From positions 36,432,296 to 36,496,295 of the forward strand of contig NC_068990.1 of the NCBI RefSeq assembly GCF_001194135.2: a stretch of DNA of 64,000 nt, read 5' to 3'. Below the pieces are notes generated by a model. That model was not told the origin of the DNA and made no database searches. It saw nothing but the letters and a program-made list of their open reading frames with translations. Shown here piece by piece: positions 1-13,805 of the stretch. This stretch comes from Octopus bimaculoides. Lineage: Eukaryota. Numbering within the stretch: position 1 is the stretch's first letter; the number at the start of each line of letters is the position of its first letter. The position numbers and the translations under genes were made by a program.

Positions 1-53
1 GCTATATATACATGTATGTGAGTCCATACACACAATTAATATATACAAATCAT

Positions 54-160
54 TCATGCATTCACGCACGCATGCATACATAAATACCTACCTACATAAC
101 TACATACATACATACATGCAGATATATCTATATATATGTATTCATGAATGTGTATGTGCC

Positions 161-206
<46 letters not shown>

Positions 207-243
207 CACATACACACACATATGTATATATGTAAGTGTGTAC

Positions 244-296
<53 letters not shown>

Positions 297-310
297 TATA
301 TATGTATACA
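54..310. repeat. Compound (TA)n/(CA)n/(TACA)n microsatellite, representative of dozens across the window
   Basis: Directly visible dinucleotide and tetranucleotide runs; similar tracts at e.g. 18975-19350, 19980-20120, 25610-25700, 39050-39200, 50690-51010. Confidence 0.98.
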
Positions 311-969
311 TAGACCCACGCATACGTATATAATTTTACTCTTTATATTTAATGGTTTATATTATAGTGAGTTTGTTTTATAAACAGGAAATTGAACTTT
401 TTCAATATTTCTCTTCTTAACAAATTACAAACTAATGGTAAAAAATAAAATAAAAGGAAACAGACACAAAAAAAAAATAATATTAAATCTATTCGATCCC
501 ACCATGGGGCATTCAAACAGTTGTTTGTTACCATTCTACTTAGTCTCTTTCTCTTACTTTGTACACCTCTATCTTCAGTTCCGCTGTCACGCTTCGATTT
601 CTCCCCCTCCTCTTTCTCACCCCCCTTTTCACTTCATTTTACTAAATCTTCCTTTCTTTCTTTTTCTTATTTCTTTTACTTTGAAAACTCCTTTCTTTTA
701 GTGTGTATGTAAATGTAAACATGCATATGTATGTATATGTGTGTTTGTATGTGTTGATATTTATAGATGTATATATCATCATCATCATCATCATCATTTA
801 ACATCCGGTTTCCATGCTGGCATACACACACACACATATAGATATATGTATATATAATCTACACCAACACACACACACACACACACACATACATATATAT
901 GTACCACATGCAGAGAGAGAGAGAGACAGACAGATAGAAAGAGAGAGATTTTCTGTCTTTTTCTCTCTC

Positions 970-1018
<49 letters not shown>

Positions 1019-1531
1019 TATATACATATACATAAAATGTGTAGTTATACATACACTCACCCATATATGCATTTACACATGTATGAAAATATATACATTA
1101 TGAGATTACATACATATCTTAAGGGTAAATATAAATATAACTGAAAAAAAAAAAAAAGGAAATAATTTGCCAGAATTATTTTTTTTTCCCTTTGAATAAG
1201 AAGAAAAATGATGTAAAAATTGAGTTGAAAGTTTTTTTATTCTTCATTTTTATTTCCTGTTAGATTATGATATTTACATTATTTTTCATTAGTTTTGATA
1301 TTTTAATTCTATTTCTAAGGTATTTCTCTTTCTTTCCTTCTTTCTTTCTTTCTTTCTTTCATTTTCTCTTTCCCCTCTCCCTCCCCCATGTCTCTCTCTT
1401 TCTTTCCCTCGTCCATGCTCTTGTCCCTCATTGGCATAACAACACACTTCTTCTGTTTCTTATGTTCACATAATATACGTATACTACATAAGCATGAGGA
1501 TTAAAGCGTGCATGTGTGCTGTGTATGTGAG

Positions 1532-1574
<43 letters not shown>

Positions 1575-1988
1575 TGCACATACACAGATATATATGTGTA
1601 CACAGGCATATATACATACACTCAAGAACATATACATCGTTTCATTAACTAATCAATATCCATATTTTTACTTATTGGGAACTTATATACAAAAAAAAAA
1701 AAAAAATACAGAAGCTTCATATAAAACATAGAAGAATGGATTGAGTTGGTACTCTGCATAAGGGTAGGTTTTGTGGAGAAGGAATAAATACTGTACAATG
1801 TGGGTAAGTACTGTATAGCTAGTGTAGATAATATATACTCCTTGTATTTATTGGATATTTGTGAAGTTGTTCTGCGAAGAGTTATTCGAAAACTGAAGAA
1901 TTTTGAAGTGTGGGATTTACAGTGTCTTATATGTATCATATTTATATTGCACACACAAATATATATATATATATATATATATACATAC

Positions 1989-2034
<46 letters not shown>

Positions 2035-2202
2035 ACTCTTTTATTTTTTTATTTGTTTCAGTCATTCGACTGTGGCCATGCTGGAGCACCGTCTTTTAGT
2101 TGAACAATTTGATCCCAGGACTTATTCTTTGTAAGCCTAGTATTTATTCTATTGGTCTCTATTGTCAAACTGCTAAGTAATGGGCAACATAAACACACCA
2201 AC
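2035..2202 (-). mobile_element. 3' half of tRNA/CORE-type SINE (family B here)
   Basis: Reverse complement of the tail of the complete copy at 34495-34925 (gtttcagtcatt-gactgtggccatgctggagcaccg...gacttattctttgtaagcctagta). Confidence 0.85.
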
Positions 2203-2214
2203 AAAGATACAAAT

Positions 2215-2245
<31 letters not shown>

Positions 2246-2261
2246 TATATATATATGTATG

Positions 2262-2318
<57 letters not shown>

Positions 2319-2329
2319 CTATATATGTA

Positions 2330-2765
2330 TCATCATCACCGTTAAACGTCTGCTTTCCATGCTGGCATGGGCTGGACGGTTTGACTGAGGACTGGTGAGC
2401 CAGCAACTGCACCAGGCTCCAATCTGACCTGGCAATGTTTCTACAGCTGGATGCCCTTCCTAACGCCAACCACTCCGAGAGTGTAGTGGCTGCTTCTTAC
2501 GTTCCACCAGCAGGCGGTTTTGGCAATGACCATGCTCACACTCAAAAGGTGTATATATGTGCTATCTGCATGGGATCCAGTCCGGCGGCACTGGCAATGA
2601 CCATGCTCGAATGCTTTTCACGTGCCACCAGCACATGTGCCAGTAAGGCACATGATTAGTCATTGCGATCTGGTGGGTGCTTTACATGGCATGAAAATTG
2701 GTAATTTTATGTTGCACCAGCGCAGGCATTTTTATGAGGCACCTGCATGGACACTTTTACGTGAT
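2330..2765 (-). mobile_element. RTE LINE 3'-UTR copy with ~66-bp hairpin repeat array
   Basis: Reverse complement of 52150-52636: (cat)n tail, ctacagctggatgcccttcctaacgccaaccactc, then several degenerate gccagt/gtgccac units. Confidence 0.88.
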
Positions 2766-2916
2766 ACTCACACCCATGAGCCCACAAGACCAGGAACTCT
2801 CAGCTGAGAGAGGGATGTACATACATACATACATATATACACACACACACGCTAACACACACACACGCACACACACCCACACACCCACACACACATATAT
2901 ATGTAAACACACATAA

Positions 2917-2959
<43 letters not shown>

Positions 2960-3581
2960 TGTATATACATATATGTATAAATGTATATATCTATATATAT
3001 ATATATNNNNNNNNNNNNNNNNNNNNNNNNNNNNNNNNNNNNNNNNNNNNNNNNNNNNNNNNNNNNNNNNNNNNNNNNNNNNNNNNNNNNNNNNNNNNNN
3101 NNNNNNNNNNNNNNNNNNNNNNNNNNNNNNNNNNNNNNNNNNNNNNNNNNNNNNNNNNNNNNNNNNNNNNNNNNNNNNNNNNNNNNNNNNNNNNNNNNNN
3201 NNNNNNNNNNNNNNNNNNNNNNNNNNNNNNNNNNNNNNNNNNNNNNNNNNNNNNNNNNNNNNNNNNNNNNNNNNNNNNNNNNNNNNNNNNNNNNNNNNNN
3301 NNNNNNNNNNNNNNNNNNNNNNNNNNNNNNNNNNNNNNNNNNNNNNNNNNNNNNNNNNNNNNNNNNNNNNNNNNNNNNNNNNNNNNNNNNNNNNNNNNNN
3401 NNNNNNNNNNNNNNNNNNNNNNNNNNNNNNNNNNNNNNNNNNNNNNNNNNNNNNNNNNNNNNNNNNNNNNNNNNNNNNNNNNNNNNNNNNNNNNNNNNNN
3501 NNNNNNNNNNNNNATATAGTGAAAATTTACTATATACAAAGACGGTGTGTAAACAACAAACAGATGTATTAGTTTAACTAT

Positions 3582-3633
<52 letters not shown>

Positions 3634-5209
3634 GTATGTATGTATATATATATGTTACTGTAATTCCATCAGTCACATTTCTAATCAATGTCTAACAATG
3701 TTATAGATTATTATTAACAAAACCATGTTTTAAAGTTTTATGAAGCTGAATACACTTCCATCAATAACTAACAACAACAACAACCTCAAAACAACAACAC
3801 CAAGGAGGAGGAGGAGGAGGAAATGATCAGTTTCAACAGCAACAACAGCAATGATGACAAGAGCAACAAGAACAATAACATTAAACAACTATGAAAGTAT
3901 GAGAAGCTGGTCTCAGCTTTCTAACAAAGTTTGCCAAAGGCCAGTTTATTGAGAATGTAGAGTTTGTAGAACTGTAAAACTAAATCTGTCTTGTAGAAAA
4001 AGAAAACAAAGAAAATAAAAGTAAAGAAATAATAAAAGATAAAAGAGAAAGCCAAAGAGAAATGTGTCTTATGTTGACTTTCTCATCTTTCTATATACAT
4101 AAAGGATGAAGAAAAGCAATTCCCAGTGGTTATCATAACACAAACAACATGTGATATCACGGATATCATGTCTTTTGGCTACAAGCTCATCTGTGTCTCT
4201 GCTTGTCTAGCCTCGACACAGTCCATCTCATATCACATAGAATTGAATGAAATGATGATGACGGCTGAGGCCGCAATAGCAATGTCAATGACAACAGCAA
4301 TAACAATAATGACAACTGAAACCGCCAGTGTAGTAGAAATAATGTAACATGAAAAATATTAAACATCAATGAATAGTAAAACAGTGATTGTAATGTAGGC
4401 ATTAAGGAAATTACAAATAATAGCAACAACAAAAACAACGGCAGCAACAATAACAATAACAATAGCAACAACACAGTAGAAAACTGACTACAATAGCAAC
4501 AACAAAAGCAACTATGGCAACTGCCTCGATAGCAACAACAGTGATGCCAACGATACCAATCACACCAATAGCAGCAGTAGCAACAACAATAACTATAATA
4601 GCAACAAAAATAACAAAAATAGCAAATAATAACAGGAAACAACAACTACAACAACATTGGTAGCAGCAACTGCAACAACAATGTAACAACAACAATAGCA
4701 ACAACAACAAGAACAAGGACAGAAGTAGCAACTACAACAAAAGCAATAATTAATATGGGTTCATTTAGCCATGCAATTTTCGTCACGCTCATCCTCCTTT
4801 GATTAAACTTACCTGTGAGTAGCACCTTCATTCTTACTTTCACTTTCCTTCTCAAGTGGTAGATGAAGGCATGGATGAGAATTTGTGCAGACCTTTAAAC
4901 CACAACTGTCATTCAATTTCCTTTACAATAACCACCACAAGTAGTTCTTTCCTATCAAAGGAATGTGATTCAAGTGTCACCAAAGGTTCTACTGACAGCT
5001 GCATCCATCCCATACTTGATAACAGGCTGCTAGGCAATACGAGGCATGTTCATTAAAGATTTCCTCTGGCCCACTTCCCAAGGACTGGGATAAACGAAAC
5101 TTGGCATGATTATTTGTCCTTCTCTACACAACCACCACCAATGGTGACACACTTCTCCCTTTGTTTTATGCAGCTGTGAAGACCTCGTCTGTAGAAGTCA
5201 GTAGGTCAT

Positions 5210-5460
5210 GTCTGGATCCTAGACATTACCTTGGAAATATGTTCATCATCATCTGAAAATTGCTTCCCCTTCAAAAAAGACTTCATGGTTGAAAGAGGTG
5301 TAAATCAAATGGTGTGAGGTGAGGAGAGTAAGGAGAATGAGGAAGGATTTCATAGCCGCAGGAGTGTGTTTCTTCTGGGCAACATGCACATTATGAACTA
5401 GGGCATTGTCTTGGAGGAGGCAGATTCCTTTGGTCAGCATGCCACACCTTCAAAATTAGA
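5210..5460 (-). mobile_element. Mariner transposase relic (C-terminal catalytic region)
   Basis: ORF 5249-5440 reads GICLLQDNALVH (second catalytic D) followed by a decayed YSPDLAPSD/HLF..K..L.G..F region. Confidence 0.75.
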
Positions 5461-5611
5461 CACAAGGGAGAGGAGGGTGTTAGTAAATTTCATGAACCCC
5501 ACCCCCAGTACTTGACTGATACTTTATTTTATCACACTCAGAAGGACAAAAAGCAAAGTCAGCCTCAGTGAAATTTGAACCTCTGAACTAAAGGGTTAAA
5601 AGAAATACTAG

Positions 5612-5811
5612 CTTCAAATTTTGGCACGAGACCAGCAATTTTGAGGGAGGGGCTAAGTCATTTACATCGACCACAATGCTCTACTGGTACTTATTTTGGC
5701 GACTCTGAAAGGATGAAAGGCAAATGGGACCTTAGCAAAATTTGAACTCCAAATGTAAAGGTCAATGAAATGTCACTAAGCATGCTGACAATTTTGCTAG
5801 CTCGCCACCTT
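5612..5811 (-). mobile_element. tRNA-derived SINE (family D here)
   Basis: Minus-strand head aaggtggcgagctagcaaaa and core gcctttcatcctttcagagtcgccaaaataagtaccag shared with 38115-38400, 27165-27365 and 40418-40600; a second decayed copy lies at ~5490-5610. Confidence 0.78.
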
Positions 5812-5818
5812 AATGATG

Positions 5819-5860
<42 letters not shown>

Positions 5861-5953
5861 GTAATAATAATAATACTTTATTAGCCACAAGGGCTGACAA
5901 ATTGATATTTAGGACAATAAAAATATAAAAAATGGTGGGGATTTATATAAGAT

Positions 5954-6135
5954 GGGTGCAGGCATGGCTGTGTGGTAAGAAGCTTGCTTCCCTACTACAG
6001 GGTTCTGGGTTCTCGCCCACTATGTGACACCTTGAGCAATTGTCTTCTACTATAGCCATGGGCTGACCAAAGCCTTGTGAGTGGATTTAGTAGATGGAAA
6101 ATGACTGAAACAAGTAAAAGAATAAAAGGATAAAA
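5954..6135 (+). mobile_element. Internally deleted family-B SINE (head and CORE fused to extreme tail)
   Basis: Box A TGGCTGTGTGG, gggttc box B region, gacaccttgagcaattgtcttctactatagcc, then directly aaatgactgaaacaagtaaaagaataaaag tail. Confidence 0.8.
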
Positions 6136-7977
6136 GAATACATATGTAGACAATAAAAACAATAACCGCTGATAGTGAATAAATTTGCTGTCGGTGGGGA
6201 CTGAGGCCCAGGGCAACCAAGGAACCTCGCTAGTTTGAAACATAAGCAGGAAGATAAAAATTTTGGTGCAAACAGGTAGTCAATTACTTCAAGCCCCATA
6301 ATTGATGTAATTGACCTCAGCGTGCACTTTATTTTGTTGACCCCCCCCCCCCCCTCGGACCCACACCAGAAGGATGTTAAGTAAAGATGAACTCGGTATG
6401 TTTTGATCACAGAACGCAATAAAAGTGAAAACATGATGAGGCTGACGATGATGATGACGATGACGACAACAACTAATGCAATGACCATGACAGCATCACC
6501 GGTGCCAACGGTAGTAGTGGAGGTGATGGTGATAATGATGATGATGATGATGATGTCGATGATGATGTTGATGATGATGACATTTGCTAGAACTGTCTTC
6601 AGACAATAACATCATCTACAGTGTCACGGTAAATATATATATGTATGTATATATTCCAGTCCATAACTTTCGGCAATGCAGCAGATTAGATTTCTCTGCT
6701 TGAAATTTCATTAGCATGCATGGAGTATGTTATTTCTTAAATACATTACGACTACTACTACTACTACTACAACTACTACTACTACTACTAATAATAATAA
6801 TAATAATAATAATAATGATGATGATATATGCAAATATATACATATGCGTACATATACATGCATATATAGATACACACACACACACTTATGCATAAGAGTG
6901 TTGTATTCTTGTGCAAGCATGTAGACTATATATTTGTATGAATATGAATGTATAATTTTAGGTATAAAGTTACACATACAAATATACACTCGTTTACTTG
7001 GTTATGTTTGTAAATATTTTTGCTCATACATATGTATAGCACACACTTCCCTCCCTCTCTTTCTCTCTCTCTCTTTTTCTTTTTTGCTGTGTACATATCT
7101 ATATATTCATGTGTATTTACATATGTATGTATATATGACTTTGTATTTGTGTATGTTTCTGCATCTGTATGCATGTATGTATTTATTTATTTATTTGTGT
7201 ATATGTAAGCCATCAATAAATGCGATATTGCCAAAATTGACAAATGAAATAAATCTAAATATATAAACCAGCAAGGTTTGCATTTTAATATGGAATTTAT
7301 CCAAAGGAATTACAAGGTCTTACATTATTTAAAAAAATAATCAAATGTTATATAAGAAAATATATTACAATATTAAAGAAAATTTTGATGAAATGTAATT
7401 TGAAGCAATATATTTATTCCTGAAGAAAATCTTGGTTGAGTGTAAATATGTATATATGCATGTATGTATGTATGTAAGTATGTATGTATGTATGTATGTA
7501 TGTATGTATTTATGTATGTATGTATGTGTGTGTGTATGTGTATACATATGGACATGTGTGTGCGTGTGTATTGAACAAAGGTTTTACCATCTGTTTTTCC
7601 ATGCTTGCACATGCCAAAGATACTTTCTACGACTTTAGTACTACCTACTAGCAATGTTAACACAGAACTCTATACATTAAGGTCTGCTTAATTATTTGAC
7701 TGCAATTAAGTGAACAGTTATCCTTTGTCATGCAATTCTTGTTGTGGTTCAAAGCTTCAGTGCTTACTCATTATAATATTTCATTTTGATGTTAACTTTT
7801 ATAGTATCTGATGTTGGCTGAAAACTGCATTCTCTATAAGACCAAGAATTTTTCAACTAAAGCAGTAGTTGCATTTTTAGTGAAAGGTGCATTAAGCTAT
7901 TGTTATAATGAAGTTAAAGAGCGTTGTTCTGATTGTTGTATGTAAAACAATTTTAATCAATTGGAATTTCTTTCTTA

Positions 7978-9304
7978 CGAAGGTTGGCTGAAATGTTTAT
8001 AGGGTGACTATGAAGGAGTGATGCTAGAGCTGTGAAATATTGCATGCATTATCTTCAGCTCTTTTTTTTAATAGCTGAACTTTTTTCTTTCCAGGTAGAT
8101 TGACATTCGATAGTTCAAAAGAAGACTTAAAAAAAAAGAGGAGGTGAGTTCTCTTGAAAATGGACAAAATTTAGCATTGTGCTGTTATCAAGTACCTGCA
8201 GAAAAAGGTTGAGCTCCTCACCCCCAACAACACTCATGTCGACATAGTTACTACATTAGGGGGTGACACTCCAGCTTTATCAACAGTACAAAAGAGGACA
8301 ACGGAATTTAGGAGAGGAAGAGAGTGTCTTAAAGATGACTCATTGTCAGGACATCCTGAAATTGCTACCATCTAGGAAAAGATTGATTGTGTTCACCACA
8401 TGATGATGGATAACACATGACTGACTATAAATTAATTAGCCAACGCTATTAGCATATCCCATGAAAGGGTTGAGAATATTTCACTCAATGAACTTGGTAT
8501 GATGATGGTTTCTGCTCAGTGGGTGCCATGTTTTCATACACCTGATCAAAAGTGCACCAAGCTGATCACATCATGAGAAAATCTGACATTGCTTGAGCAG
8601 ATGCAGCTGGTTTTCTTGAACGTTCCCTAAGCCAGGATGAGTGTTGGTTTCATCACTTTGAGTAACCAGAGACAAAGAGACAATCTATGTAGTAGAAACA
8701 CCCCACCACCACCACCACTTGCTCCAAAGAAGGCCAAGGTTGTTTCATCTGCAGGGAAGGTGATGGCCTCTGTTTTTTTTGGATGCAAAAGGCATTGTGT
8801 TTATTGACTATCTTTAAAGGGCCACACCATCACTGGCGAGTACTGTGCCAACTGGCCTGTAACTTGATAGTTACAAACAGCTATCAAGACCAAACATCCA
8901 GGAAAACTGATGAAAGGTGTCTTAGTTCATCAAGACAATGTTCCAGCACATGAGTCTTTGTCTTCAATGGCGGTTGTGAGTGATTGTGGCTTTGAAATGG
9001 TTGATCAACCTCCTTATTCTCTTGATTTAGCTCCATCTGACAATCACTTGTTCTGCAGCATTAAAAATTAAAAAACTACTTAGCTTGGAGCCAGTAGCAC
9101 AGTGATGATGACATCATATCTACTGTTGGTGCTTTTTTTTAACCAACAAGGTGAAAGCTTCTTCATCAATCACATCCATGCACTGCAACATCAATAAAAG
9201 AACTGTGTGAATGACAGGTGGAACTATGTTGGAAAATAAACCTCATTTGGTCACATTCCAAGAGAATATCATGGTTAGCATATGGACCTTTCAGCTGACC
9301 CTTG
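7978..9304 (+). mobile_element. Full-length decayed mariner transposon
   Basis: TA target duplication at 7976-7977 and 9305-9306; degenerate TIRs cgaaggttggctgaaatgtttatagggtgactatga versus rc caagggtcagctgaaaggtccatatgctaaccatga; encloses a transposase relic. Confidence 0.92.
8160..9239 (+). pseudogene. Mariner transposase pseudogene (DD34D type)
   Basis: MDKI*HCAVIKYLQKK start; EFRRGRECLKDDSLSGHP; QDECW (D1), HQDN (D2), YSLDLAPSDNH (D3); multiple stops and frameshifts. Confidence 0.9.
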
Positions 9305-9499
9305 TAGTTGGAGAAAATAAAACAAAAACTTATTGGTAACTGTTAGTAACTTCCAAAAAAGAGGTAATCATTTCCACTTCACTGCATCTGGGGCAAGTTT
9401 TTTCTACTATAAACCTGGGCTGACCAATACCTTGTGGTTGGATTCAGTAGACAGAAACAGAAAGAAGACTGTCATATGCATGCATATTTATATGTATAA

Positions 9500-9742
9500 A
9501 AAACACCACTTGAGCGTGGCCGTTGCCAGTACTACTTGGCTGGCCCTCATGCTGGTGACACATTAAAGCACCCACTACACTCTCGGAGTGGTTGGCATTA
9601 GGAAGGGCTTCCAGCTCTAGAAACTCTGCCAGATCAGATTGGAGCCTGGTGTAGCTATCTGGTTCGCCAGTCTTCAGTCAAATCTTCCAGCCCATGCTAG
9701 CATGGAAAGCAGACATTAAACGATGATGATGATGATGATGAC
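9500..9742 (+). mobile_element. RTE LINE 3'-UTR copy
   Basis: gccagtactacttggctggc...cccactacactctcggagtggttggcattaggaagggcttccagct...acattaaac(gat)n, matching 52420-52636. Confidence 0.88.
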
Positions 9743-11328
9743 ATTTATATATGTGTGTGTGTGTTTCTGTTTGTATCCCACCACTGCTTGATAATGAATG
9801 TTGGTTTGTTTACCTTTCCATAACTTAGCAGTTTGGGAAAGGGACTGGTATAATAAAACCCCAGGCTTAAAAAAAAACGAGTGCAATCCCTCTATGGATT
9901 TTGGCACTGCTTCCATCTAACCAGTTTTAAGCACAAGGCTTGGGTAGACAAAAAAGATGCCATACACAATGATATAACCTGGGACTTTATGACTGTGAAG
10001 CAAATTTCTCAGCCATTCAACCATGCTACACATATACACACACACGTTTTATATTATTTTTAAAAGTTGATAACTCTACAATATAACTTAACTTTCATGT
10101 TTCCACTTGTCAAACACGAAACTTAAGTAATTGTCTGCGAAGTTATCAGCTTCAAAAATAAAATATACATTATATATAAACTCTACTTCTGCTGTTGAGT
10201 GTTCTTATCTACTGGTTGTGAATATGAAACTGCTTCTAACTTCCAATGCAACAACAACAACAACAACAGCAACAACAACAACGACGACGACGACAACAAC
10301 AACAACAACAACAACAACAATAATAATAATAATTTTAACAGCAATGCAAATATCTGTTTCTCACTGGATGAAATCTATGACAATTTCAATTGCTTTCATG
10401 CCAGAGTGAATATAAAGTGAAATGAACCATTTATTGAACTAAGTTATTGATTCTGAAAGAACCCTTACACTAACTTCATCATACAAATGCTCCACCCACA
10501 AATGACCCTTCCCCATGCACTATCTAGAAGAGTCTTCTTATTCCATACTGTAAATCCATTTAAAAATTACCAGACATACAAAAAGAAAACAAATTTGAGA
10601 AATATGAAAATTACAGATATGTATGTAACGATAGATATTAAGTTGTATACTAATACGAGCATGGATACTCATATCGCTGCAAGCACATATGCGTACATAC
10701 ATGCATATAGATATTCACCCAGACACACACTTATTCATGTGAGCATGCAAAATGAAGTAAAAATAGGTAAGATATAAAGAAGAAAGATAGATAGAAAGAA
10801 AGAAAATGAAATAATACAATGGAAAATAAAATAAAAGAAAACCAAAAAAATGGAAATAAGAAAGAAAGATATTTTGCAAAAATATTTCTGCTCACGCCTT
10901 TTCTTCACAAATTAACTTATAATTGCAATTTGTTTTTATTTATAATAATATTTTTTTGTCTTGTTTTCATTGAAAAAATCCTTCATTACCATTTAGTTTG
11001 CTAAGTTTCATTATTTTTGTATACATTAAATTTTTTTATATATTTTATATGAATTAATATATGCTTATTTAAACTTTTGTTGCTGCTTTTAAGAAATATT
11101 TTTTGGCTACTTTTTTTTAATTATAATTATTAGCAATCCATGTTGGATCTAAGTTTTCTGTTTCTTTTTCTTTCTTTGTTATGTATTTAGCTATATTTTT
11201 CTTCCTTTTATTTTTCTGCTTTTGCAAACAAAGTTTTTATAATGATGGAACACGCACACATGCACATGTATACAATATCCTTGAATGAAGACATATGCAC
11301 AAACATATATGCACATATATACATATAC

Positions 11329-11380
<52 letters not shown>

Positions 11381-12210
11381 GCACAATATTCCAGTGCTAC
11401 ACCCACTTAGGAGTCTATCATGCATGGAATAATCAATAACGGAATTTCAAAAAATATAAAGAATATTGAAAAATATAAAGTAAGCTTACTGAAGAAAATT
11501 AATATAAAAATATATAAATATACACTACCACACACATATACATTACAAACAAACACACACACACAAGCATACCCACACAAGCACACACAAGCACATGGAA
11601 ACACATTCATGCATGCATGCACACTCATACATATGTACATGTATGGTTCTTCAGTGTGTGTCCGTGTATAAAAATGCATGCAAACATAAATACATAACAT
11701 ACATATATATATATATATATATATANNNNNNNNNNNNNNNNNNNNNNNNNNNNNNNNNNNNNNNNNNNNNNNNNNNNNNNNNNNNNNNNNNNNNNNNNNN
11801 NNNNNNNNNNNNNNNNNNNNNNNNNNNNNNNNNNNNNNNNNNNNNNNNNNNNNNNNNNNNNNNNNNNNNNNNNNNNNNNNNNNNNNNNNNNNNNNNNNNN
11901 NNNNNNNNNNNNNNNNNNNNNNNNNNNNNNNNNNNNNNNNNNNNNNNNNNNNNNNNNNNNNNNNNNNNNNNNNNNNNNNNNNNNNNNNNNNNNNNNNNNN
12001 NNNNNNNNNNNNNNNNNNNNNNNNNNNNNNNNNNNNNNNNNNNNNNNNNNNNNNNNNNNNNNNNNNNNNNNNNNNNNNNNNNNNNNNNNNNNNNNNNNNN
12101 NNNNNNNNNNNNNNNNNNNNNNNTATATATATATATATATATATATATGCTTTCAGTGTGAATGGTTTTGTTATACAGCACCGTATCTTACAAACCTGTA
12201 AATAATAATA

Positions 12211-12343
12211 ATGGTATTTTTATACGAGCTTATAGCTGATGGTGATCACCGTGCAATGACCCAGGAAAATAGTCCCGTTATTAGACTACTTTCCTTAGTG
12301 CACAGTGATCGCTATAAGCTTTAAGCTTATATAAAAATACCAT
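12211..12343. repeat. 133-bp foldback (imperfect palindrome), MITE-like
   Basis: Paired arms ATGGTATTTTTATA/TATAAAAATACCAT, AGCTTATAGC/GCTATAAGCT, GATCAC/GTGATC, GTGCA/TGCAC, AGGAAA/TTTCCT and TAGTC/GACTA around a 9-nt loop. Confidence 0.85.
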
Positions 12344-12359
12344 AATATAAATATATATA

Positions 12360-12550
12360 ACATCATCATTTAACGTCTATTTTTCATGCGAGAATGGGTT
12401 GGACAGTTTGACAGGAGCTGGCATTGCTGGGAGCTGCATCAGGTTCCTCTGTGTGTTTTGGCTTGATTTCTACAGTTGAATGCCCTTCCCAATGCCAACC
12501 ATTTTACAGAGTGTACTGGGTGCTTTTTTACATGGCACCAGCTCCGACAG
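12360..12550 (-). mobile_element. Older RTE 3'-UTR copy
   Basis: catcatcatttaacgtc...tgcccttcccaatgccaaccattttacagagtg, reverse complement of the RTE tail. Confidence 0.75.
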
Positions 12551-13090
12551 TGTCACCAAGTACATTGCATGACAAAAGCCCCTCAATTGGGAGTGGGGAG
12601 TAGTATTGAGGTGGGTCGTATGGCTTTGTGCCAGTTGAGAGATTAAAGGTACTGAGGGACAGGAGTAGGTGTCTAGATGTAGAGCAGATACAAGGAAAAG
12701 AATGGAGAGTGAGTTAGGTCCTGATCCGGCAGAAAATCAGAGCTTTTCCAATGCATCATTCAACACAAAGTCTGGCATCTACACTCTCATATTGAAACTT
12801 TGAGAAAAATTTGAAGTCCTCTGGCATAGAAACTGCAGGTACCTCTATGGTAAGAGCAGTGTGTAAATATATCTAAGAGCAATGAATAAGTTGGAAAACA
12901 AAGGTAAATATAGTATAATTTTACTATTCATGGCAATGGTTTCTGTACCAATCCATTTCCAACAACATTGCATATAAATGATTCCTTGTTAAAAGTCATA
13001 CAATATGTGTGTTTGAATATATTGGAGTGGCACTTCATCAGACTAAAGTTAAGTCATGCATCTTTACATTCAGCAAAGTATATGTTATGC

Positions 13091-13469
13091 GTTGCTTGTT
13101 GTTGGCACTCCGTCGCTTATGACGTCAAGGGTTTCAGTTGATCCGATCAACAGAACAGCCTGCTTGTGAGATTAACGTGCAAGTGGCTGAGCACTCCACA
13201 GACATGTGTACCCTTAACGTAGTTCTCGGGGATATTCAGCGTGACACAGTGTGACAAGGCTGGCCCTTTGAATTACAGGCACAACAGAAACAGGAAGTAA
13301 GAGTGAGAGAAAATTGTGGTGAAAGAGTACAGCAGAGTTCGCCACCATCCCCTTGTGGAGCTTTAGGTGTTTTTGCTCAATAAACACTCACAACGCCTGG
13401 TCTGGGAATCGAAACTGTGATCCTATGACCGTGAGTTCGCTGCCCTAACCACTGGGCCATTGCGCCTCC
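13091..13469 (-). mobile_element. Complete tRNA-derived SINE (family E here)
   Basis: Head ggaggcgcaaTGGCCCAGTGGttagggcag...GTTTCGATTCC (boxes A and B), CORE-like gtgtttattgagcaaaaacacctaaa, long unique body and (caa)n-type tail; partial copy at ~38600-38725. Confidence 0.88.
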
Positions 13470-13629
13470 ACGTTGCTTATGTAATGAAGAAACAGTACAA
13501 CAGCACAAAAATTATAAAGCTGATGAAAAAGGTCAAAAATAATATCAATCATCATCAACATTGTCATCATTGTTGTTGTCATCGTCGTCATCATCATCAT
13601 CACCATTACCATCGTCGTCGTCATCGTCG

Positions 13630-13805
13630 TTGTCATCATCATCCTTTACCATCTGTTGTCCATGCTGGCCTGATTTGGATGGTTTGACCAGAGCTGACAA
13701 ACTGGAGAGCTGCACCAGGCTCCACTCTGATTTGGCCTGGTTTCTATGGCTGGATGCCCTTCCCAACACCAACTACTTTACAAAGAGTGCTGGTTACTTT
13801 TACAT
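13630..13805 (-). mobile_element. RTE 3'-UTR copy with expanded (cat/cgt)n tail
   Basis: ctgcaccaggctccactctgatttggcctggtttctatggctggatgcccttcccaacaccaac. Confidence 0.78.
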
